Assembly (NCBI GenBank): GCA_009602735.1
Contig: WELA01003606.1
Span: forward strand, 309,980 to 351,178
Direction: 5' to 3'
DNA length: 41,199 nucleotides
Origin: Mesotaenium endlicherianum
Taxonomy: Eukaryota
In this document: one piece after another, positions 36,258 through 41,199 of the stretch
Numbering within the stretch: the stretch's first letter is position 1
How the letters are laid out: each line of letters begins with the position of its first letter
Notes under the pieces: model-generated
Told to the model about the DNA's origin: nothing
The model's input: the letters and a program-made list of their open reading frames with translations, nothing else
Databases searched by the model: none
Position numbers and translations under genes: made by a program

Positions 36258-36999
36258 TGAAAGGGGCAGAGTGCCCTAGTGGAAGCGTAGTGACTCACGA
36301 GGAAAGGAACTAATTGCAGTCATACTAAAGAGTGCAGCGGCATATCACTAAGAAAGCTTAGGAAAATTACTCAACATTTTGAGTTGCAAGAACTGCTCAC
36401 AAATGATGTAGGATGAAAGGTTTTGTCATCACAAACGTGTAGAAGTTTACAGAAGTGAAAATTGATGAGAAACAAAGAAGTTATGGCTATTCATAATTTT
36501 CTGCCTAACTGCTCCTCCCTAGGAGGAAGCTACGGATTTTCTCAAGTGTTCGTCAAATCGTCCCTTGCAGAATATTCGTGAGTAAGCCAGATCAGTCTAA
36601 TCTGACTTCTCGGGTAGAATTGACGTCCATATACATGCATCGACATTACTAGAATATTCTATCTTAGACGCGCTAGGCTAATCCGAAACTTCCAGGTAAA
36701 TCGACCTAGTCGGCACTCGCGTCAGCCGAACTTACGTGAAGGTTCGAGTACACTCTAACGGGCCAGATCGCTCGACGCTGTCGGTCAATCCGATGGTCGC
36801 GCTCACCGCGAATTAAGGACAGTCGTCAACCGACCTCAAAACTAATTGAACTTCGGAAATCCATAACTCTCTCAATACTTGACCAAATTCGATGAACTTT
36901 ATATCAAAATGACCACTAAAATGCACTCTATACTACTATACAATCAACTTATACTTTCATGAAACTCAAAATTGCACTTTAGAAACCAATGACCTTACA
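36258..36999 (-). repeat. 5' LTR of element C (742 bp)
   Basis: Direct repeat of 6756-7498. Confidence 0.95.
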
Positions 37000-38412
37000 C
37001 CTTTCGACCGACTTCTAAATTGTGATTCGTGTTGGTAAATCGCGTCCTCTCCATGTCGGGGCAATTTGTACAAAGTCTTTGAGAAAGCCTCTAAAGAATC
37101 TTGAGCTTGAGAAATAACACGCTAAAAAGGCACTCTAGAAATCCGCTTCTCAAGAGTGGATTCTCAAGCGATTTGAGGCCGCTTGAAAGGCCGAAAAAAT
37201 CTAGAGTGCATGTGGGGAGTCACTGGGTACCACATGACAACGTTAGAGCCGCTCGACAAACGTTTCAAGTTTGTGAGACTGCGCGAACTTGAAATCACTT
37301 TCAGGTTGTCGCAACTTGAAAATGTTTGGTAGACTAAAGGTGAATATGATAGGAAAATCAAGTAAAATTGGTACGATCAAGTGTCATCAAGTCATTTGTC
37401 TCGCTGAAGCTTGAACAGCTTGACTCATGGGTTGAGTCGTAAACGAGGTTATCGACCCAGCCCAACGTGACGAAAAGCGAGCGTGATCCGGCGTGATCGC
37501 TGGATTCAAAGCCGCAAAATTTGAAAGCAGTCCATTTGCCCCTGTCATGTTAGCGTCATGTCATGTTGGCGTCAACTTGTCCCGGGAAAAATCCTTTTCT
37601 TTCAACCTAAGAAAGAACGCACATCTCAACCATGTAGGCAAAAAGTGTGTGCGCCCCAAACCATGTAGGCAATTTGAAAAGCGGAATATCGATCTCAATC
37701 GACTAATTTATGCTTACTTCATGCTTCGTCATCCTACGGATCCTGACCGCCTGTGCAGAGGCGCACTTGAGCACAGCCTCACCAACAGGCAAAAGCACCT
37801 TCCTCGTTGCGCAAGGGCACTCACAGGCACCCGCGGGCGCAGGCGCACGCGCGCGCGAACGTGCATTGGCTTGCGCTGCCCGCAAGCATGTACTATTTTA
37901 CACTTCAAGAAAGCTCTGAGGTGGCAAGGAGTTGTGCAGCGCTCAAGTTCCCGCAGGCCCGCGTTTTAATGCCGTCTATGAAAGACTCCCTCTTATTGCC
38001 CCTCCTCCGCCCCCCCCCCCCTCTCTTCCTTACAAGAGGGGGGGGGGGCTGCTCCACCCCTGCCAATCGTGTGGAGTGAGTTGCGAAGAACGCGGTCCTG
38101 CCTTACACTTCGCACTTTTTTACGAGTTGCCTGCAACTCCTCTCGCTCCCACCTGGAAGAAGAATGCGGATTCTCCACATCCTCTACACTGAGTCGGGAA
38201 GAAAGACGAGGAGTGAAGGCGTCAAGCAGCTGCTTTGCTTTCACATCCCATGCCCCCCTGCAGTCGAGACTTCAAGAGTATCCAAATTTTGCTCCTAGCT
38301 GTATATCTTTCCTGGCCCGCCCACTACACTACCCTTGCCCTTCCCTCGTTCCAGAAGAAACTCGTAAGCCAGCTCACTCCACCTACCACGCCAACGAGCC
38401 TCTGCACTCTGC

Positions 38413-38505
<93 letters not shown>

Positions 38506-38506
38506 N

Positions 38507-38654
38507 GCGTGGCGCCGGGGCGGCGCACCGCGCTCCGACAGACGGCGTCCGCGTCGGCCATGGAGAGGAAGAAGCGGTCGAGGCCCACACGCTCGATGAA
38601 GCCCGCCTGGCTCAGCTTCTCCATCACGCGCCCCGACGGGTTCGCCAGCGCCAG
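38507..38654 (-). CDS. SULTR: probable last coding exon of a SULTR/SLC26 sulfate transporter (STAS domain end); stop obscured by N + poly-C
   Basis: TGCAG| LALANPSGRVMEKLSQAGFIERVGLDRFFLSMADADAVC matches the plant SULTR tail L.LANP...V..KL......IG....FL.V.DAV..C. Confidence 0.85.
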
Positions 38655-39567
38655 CTGCATCCCTCACGTTACCAGTACAAAAAAATAAGAAAACCCGTAC
38701 AAATCTGTAAAAAATAATCGTTGAACGCTGTGTAAAAGATGTATACATGTCCACATACACGATCGAGCATAATCAATCACAAAGGCAACGCGATCGATAC
38801 ACGGGCACTGAGGGTCTGCATCATGCACCCATAACTGCGGAGGGAAATAAGCAAAGGCATGCAAAAGAGCACCACATGCGGGAAAGACCCTGCAACACCA
38901 GACCCTTGCTCCCTGCCAAAGCGAGACCCCACCTCCCCCACGCAGCCAGCCACCCCGCCACCCACTTCCCTTCCCCCGGTTCCCCCGGGCCACCCACCCA
39001 TACCCTCCCCTCACCCCAATTTCTCACAAGAACCAATAATAAATAGAGCGATACGGGACCACGAGTCGAGCTGTACTGAGAGGAGGCATGCAGGATGCCG
39101 GCAGGACCCTGCTCCCGCAGGCCCCGCAGAGCCAGAGCAAGAGCAAGAGCCGTAAGCACAGCCTGCCTTGCTTGGAAATGCGATGACTATTCTCACTCAA
39201 AGACTTGGTGAAGACAAGTCCCTGGCGATCGGGGAGCGGGCCAGCAACAGGCGCCAGCTGGCGCTTCCGGCAGGCAAGCGCACGGCCTTGCCATGAAGCC
39301 TGTTCTAGGATTACGAGTGTGCCCTTTTCTATTATTGGGGTTTCGAATGTGCGCTCGTTCAATTCAAAGCTAGTTGCTCTCCAACGTAGGCTTCGGGAGA
39401 GGGCTGGAAGAGGAGGGCACGTGTCTGCGTGCGTGCGTGCATGCGTGCGTGCATGCGTGCGTGCGCGCGCCTGGATACTAGTGTGCCGCGTGCGAGCGAG
39501 CATGTCAAGCGGATGCCCTGCTTGCGGCAGAGGGGCGTGGAGTAGGCTGAGGGAGGCGAGCGCCCAC

Positions 39568-39644
39568 CTGGACGTGGCGCTGCTTGAGCGCGCGGTCAAG
39601 CTCCTCGAGCGCGCGGATGCCCGTCGTGTCTATCTCTGCGACAG
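39568..39644 (-). CDS. SULTR: penultimate 77-nt exon of the same SULTR gene (STAS)
   Basis: GCTGAC...TGACAG| xVAEIDTTGIRALEELDRALKQRHVQ |GTGGGC; contains the STAS IDT(T/S)G motif and splices in phase 0 to LALANP. Confidence 0.88.
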
Positions 39645-40934
39645 CTGTCATTGTGGGAAGCCGCCAGGTGGCAACAGGTCAGCTGGAATACACCATGTTC
39701 TCATGGAGGACCTAAGAGAAGCGCAAGTCTTGTGTCCAGACAGCAGGAGGAGCAGGTGCCAGGGAGCAGAAGGGGAGGGCAAGAAGCAGGAGAGAAGCAG
39801 GTGCAGACGAGAGAGGAGGAGCAGGAGCAGGAGGATGGGGACGAGGAGTAGGGGGGGGAAGGACAGAGGAAACTGCAAAGGGGAAGGAAGATGAGAGAGA
39901 GGGGGCAGGGAGAGTGGGAGGCAACACCAAAGGTCAAATTTTTATCCTGATCACGAGTGCTGTGCAAAAGCTCAGTAAGATGTATCATATCGAGGCCACT
40001 GAGGAAACACTATGTCCCTGCCCCTGTCTCTCACACGCCTTTAGTGGGTGACGGGTGAACCCCCTTCCCCCACCCCCCTCCCCAAGCCCGCTCCTGTTGC
40101 AAAGGATCAGCCCAAGTGGGGCCGTGGGAAATATTAATCATACTTGTAAATGAATGCATATGATGCACGTAGGTGTACATATATGTAAATGTATACGTAT
40201 GGATATTATATGTATAAATATATGACAACAATATATTTGTATATGCCCCTGTAATATTTCTGCTGAAAAGATAAATCAATTGCCAGCATGCTACCCGCAA
40301 GAACACACAAGAGTACCTTAACAGTCGAAACTTGACCCCTTTCTGCAAACCCTAATCGGGACAACACACCCTGGAGTTGCGCAAGAATCGAAGTCCGTGT
40401 GCGCGTAAGGCCTCCGTGCTGACACTCGCGAACAAAAAAGCCCCTTGCAGATGTGGGCCCCCTAGCGTTAGATCACACAAGGCGCAATTTTGGATCTCAC
40501 ACCCAACCTCTCATTTAGGCGACTTCAACCTCACACCCTACCTCCCGTTGGGGCACAAAACTCAAACCCCAAAATGAGGAGCCAGGCTGACGGGCGCTGG
40601 CCTTTCCTCTAAACTTCCAGCTGAGGAAGCGGCCTGGAAAAACAACAGCAGGAACCGGCTGGAAGCACCGATTAAAAGCCCTCAGGTCTCTTCTTGGGAA
40701 TTAAAGACGCCGGTGTGAGATGAAAGGATGCGTGCCAGAGATAAAAGCGGTGGAGGGGGGCCGAAAGTAGGGCTCAGGTTCCCGTGTTTGGGTTGCTTGA
40801 GTTGAATAGTTAGCAGGGCAAAGGAGCTCAGAGGGGGGCTCTGAGCGCAGAAAGGAGGGGGAGCACCCGATGCGTTAGAGGCTTGGCACGACGAGCCTGG
40901 AAATGTGCGCACGCGCTTGGATAATCTCTCTCGA

Positions 40935-41140
40935 GCGCGCGCGCGCGCGTATGCATGCGTGTATGTGTGTGTGTGTGTGTGTTCGGGTGTGGGCATGTGT
41001 TTGTGTGTGTATAATGGTGCGTGCGAGTATGCGTGTTTGCGCGCGCTCACGTGCGTGCTTGCACATGTGGTTGCTGCAAATGTGCCTGCTTGTGCGCACG
41101 CATGTGCGGACGCTCGCGCACAAGCGTGCGCGTGCGTGCA
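40935..41140. repeat. intronic alternating purine-pyrimidine simple repeats, (CG)n/(TG)n/(TGCG)n
   Basis: Directly visible; similar tract at 39427-39470. Confidence 0.85.
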
Positions 41141-41199
41141 CTTCTACTTGTCCATGCACGCAGGCATGGGGAGAGGGGGCGGAAGGAGGAGGGGGGGGG

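Larger units (their letters stand above)
6756..36999 (-). mobile_element. Ty3/gypsy chromovirus 'C' (outermost, oldest; disrupted by three insertions)
   Basis: Paired LTRs 6756-7498 and 36258-36999; PBS 36255-36243; PPT 7512-7502; gag-PR-RT-RH-IN-chromo pieces in the correct order once insertions are removed; flanks CCTCT/CCTTT (4/5 TSD). Confidence 0.92.

Noticed and set aside
38009..38049. C12...G11 hairpin downstream of SULTR
   Set aside because: Homopolymer pairing in a region where G/C runs are common; no other support.
38414..38506. 92-nt poly-C run giving poly-Pro/poly-Gly ORFs
   Set aside because: Pure homopolymer ending in an N inside a gene end; most likely a sequencing or gap-fill artefact.

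Overview
Eukaryotic window, most consistent with a green-plant or streptophyte-algal genome (inference). About 37 kb is a nest of transposons; the last ~3 kb holds the two 3'-most coding exons of a SULTR/SLC26 sulfate-transporter gene (minus strand). The nesting resolves through matching target-site duplications (TSDs). An old Ty3/gypsy chromovirus C (6756-36999, minus) contains three insertions: a solo LTR (8775-9494), a near-intact chromovirus B (10382-26337, minus, TSD CCAAG), and an apparently intact hAT DNA transposon (27328-34742, TSD CTCCATTC). B itself contains a young chromovirus D (11594-18565, plus, TSD CCCTG). The hAT has a GC-AG intron, tandem repeats and a captured ascorbate-peroxidase-like exon. 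The 3' half of a relative of B (element A, 1-4515, plus) opens the window. The most notable feature is that A and B both carry an unrecognised ~555-codon accessory gene between pol and the 3' LTR. It is preceded by a conserved branch point and CAG|G-ATG splice acceptor and is bracketed by two hairpin+polypurine-tract modules. Its core is only ~50% identical between A and B while their integrases are ~96% identical, which suggests an exchangeable cassette. Identities are hand counts; no database searches were run.
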